Positions 61,487-64,000 of a DNA stretch of 64,000 nucleotides are shown piece after piece. The DNA is from Eledone cirrhosa. Lineage: Eukaryota. The stretch is taken from the NCBI GenBank assembly GCA_964016885.1, contig OZ024742.1, positions 78,306,001-78,370,000 of the forward strand, in the 5' to 3' direction. The position numbers and the translations under genes are program-made. The notes under the pieces were generated by a model. It made no database searches. It saw only the letters and a list, made by a program, of their open reading frames with translations, and was not told where the DNA came from. Each line of letters begins with the position of its first letter. The first letter of the stretch is position 1.

Positions 61487-63439
61487 AGCTGTCGAAACAT
61501 TTTGCTGAGATGTCTTTTGCATGTAATGCATATAGTTAAATAGGTTAGCCCGAAATGATGGTAAAGACGCTTGCACTAGATGCCACACAGTGGTATCGAA
61601 CTTTGGACGACATAAATACGGAATGAACTACTTAACTATTCAGCCGTACCACATCTCATTAATGAGTTCAGAAAGTATTCGTTTGTAGTCACTTGACCAC
61701 CATAGTTCAGTTATTTTTTATTTGAATAACGGAAGTGCGAGAAGAGAAGAAAATAATAGCTTTGAACAAATATACATATTCGGATGGTAAAACAAGCTAA
61801 TCTACTGCTGTTTTCTTATTACTGCTGAGAAAATTACTTTTTAAGTATTTTCCTTACAAAGCCAATAATAACAAAAACTGTTGTGAAGATTGCTTGTCTA
61901 TTGCTTATTCATTCGGATATGTCAGCGAACAAATATAAAATGTTAACGGAAATGAGTGTAATTTTTAATTATGTTTTATTTTGTTTTTAATGGTAAATCA
62001 ATATCTCCTAGATATTATATATGTTTAGAAATCTATGTACATTAGAATGTTATTGCTTGTATTGAAGTTTAATATAAATTCATTAATAATATTGATCAAC
62101 CTAAGATTTTCAGCTGTGTTAGAGTAACATTAGAACTGTTGAAGAAATAATATATGCTTATTGTAGAAGAAACTATGGTCATCTTCGCAAATATTATTTT
62201 AGTGTAATTACGAAAATACGTTTTGGAGGAACATAGTGTGTTTTAAAAAGGTTGTTCATAATCGCAAATATGAAATGTGATTAAAATGTTCGATTCACAA
62301 TCACCTTATACTAAATTTAATCCCATTGCTTGGTACGTTAGTGAGATTTGATAAGCATTTTATGATACATATTAGATTGTTTATATCGCTACTTGAGTAT
62401 TAAGTAAGTGACCGTATTTAACACAAACATATGGTCCAGGATTACCTTTAACAGTACCCATTCGGTTGCAAGTATTAGGACTAAATCTCCTGTCTGAGGA
62501 GAGCTAACACGATATCTTAATAGGTAACTTTGTAATACTGCAATCCATGAGACGTGGCTTCTTTCTCCCTTATTTTCCTCAACAGTCATCTTTAACTAAG
62601 TGAGACAAGAATGAAATGGATTCACATAAGTTGTAGATAATGGTTGAATGGCTAAAACGTTCACTTCACTGTCATGAAGTTTCAGGTCCGTTCCTAGAGC
62701 GATGCATCTCGGACAATTGCTATTACCGTAGCCTCAAAACTTCTCAAATTTTGGTAGTAAAATTCGAGAGACGATACCTGTACAAGCTCATCGGATTGAA
62801 TATTTCCATATCTCAAAAGTCCGGTCTTGTTATAAATTGTGTTACGCCGATCCTGCTTGAGAATTCCTTATGAATAAATGTGTCTGTAGAATACTCAACT
62901 GCTTACACGCTTACATGAGTCGTAGATTCAGTTGATCGAACGATTGAATGAGCATCGTCGAAAGTGAAGGAGGACCCATCATCAAATAATAAAGTCCCTC
63001 TGATTGATGAATTGTTCAATAAAAAGTTTAACATTTTAGAGCGTACAGAAGTTTAGTCAGTTCTATTTGATTTCCTATCAATTTCGTAAGACATCCACAT
63101 GAAGCTTGTTACATAAAATATTACAGACAATAGAAACAAGCAGCTTTCTCTATGCAAACATATATCTACATATATTCCCGCTCTCTGTTCTTTAAACTGT
63201 TTTCCTTTGTTCATAACTCTTCCTTACTCCTCTTGACTTTAGACATTAAATCTATATACAGGGTTAACCTTCATGAACACGGTCGCCGCGCTCTTAATAA
63301 TTATCTTAATTACTACTCGGGCCTAGCACCTTTAATCTCCACCGCCTTACATAGTTAGTATGCACACTTAATTGATTCGCCTTTTACGGGTGAATGTTAC
63401 CAGTAAGTTACTCAGGTGGTCATGGATATTCTGATTGAG

Positions 63440-64000
63440 CCTAACTACGCTAACTTGCTTGTTTGCTATGATGAGTCCCAAATGTTTGCCTAATTCATTT
63501 GTCTAATCCCGGAACATTATGGCAGATACATCGATGATTGCTGCGATGTCACCTATCGCACCCACGCCTAATTTACCGACTGTCGATTCTTTTTCACCAG
63601 CTCTTATCGACCACCCAAATCATTCCTTGCTTCTACTTCTATTTTCTAGACACCCTCTGACCCCACTCTTTCCAACACTTTGCCTCTTCCCATCTCAATC
63701 CCTCTCAATCATCCATCTCCTACTCACAATCTGTAGTCTTGGCCACCTTTGCAGCAAAGACCAGGATTCTCTGACCAAATCCCACCTAATGGTCCATCAT
63801 GTTCTGTGGCGTGGCTATCCAGACATAACTGTCCAAACATAACCTGCAATATTGACCCTACTTCATTCTTCACACTTTGCTTTTGCCTTACCTTTGACCT
63901 CTTGTACTTCCCTTTCACTTTCTATCCTAAAACCTTACCGCGTCAAGAGTCCATTCTCCGCACTTTCCGCTTCCTTCATTTAAACTCCAGAACTTCTTCC
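63440..64000 (+). mobile_element. Possible decayed LINE fragment
   Basis: C-rich, coding-like composition; no diagnostic motif secured. Confidence 0.3.

Overview
AT-rich, microsatellite-dense animal DNA. The SINE and repeat repertoire suggests an octopod cephalopod, but that is an inference. I find no recognisable host gene, and there is a 200-N assembly gap at 50687-50886. The window is almost entirely decayed mobile DNA: a near full-length Penelope-like element (PLE; RT + GIY-YIG, ~12990-16150), several PLE RT/GIY-YIG fragments, two larger L1/Tx1-type LINE copies plus one small fragment, RTE fragments, a small LTR element with a tRNA-Trp PBS, three non-autonomous Helitrons, MITEs and many tRNA-derived SINEs. 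The main hidden signal is a set of more than 20 type-I hammerhead-ribozyme motifs with palindromic stem III. They sit in many sequence-unrelated short elements, mostly anchored in (TA)n tracts and often fold-back or tandem. Many of these elements share a second structure downstream of the ribozyme: a bulged hairpin (ACUC-stem-loop-stem-[2 nt]-GAGU, with a covarying GUUC/GAAC version). Inverted arms repeatedly terminate a few nt upstream of this hairpin, so it is a candidate RT recognition or priming signal. One non-coding tandem element carries a different multi-helix motif at the ribozyme position. All structures were read by eye; none was computed or tested.
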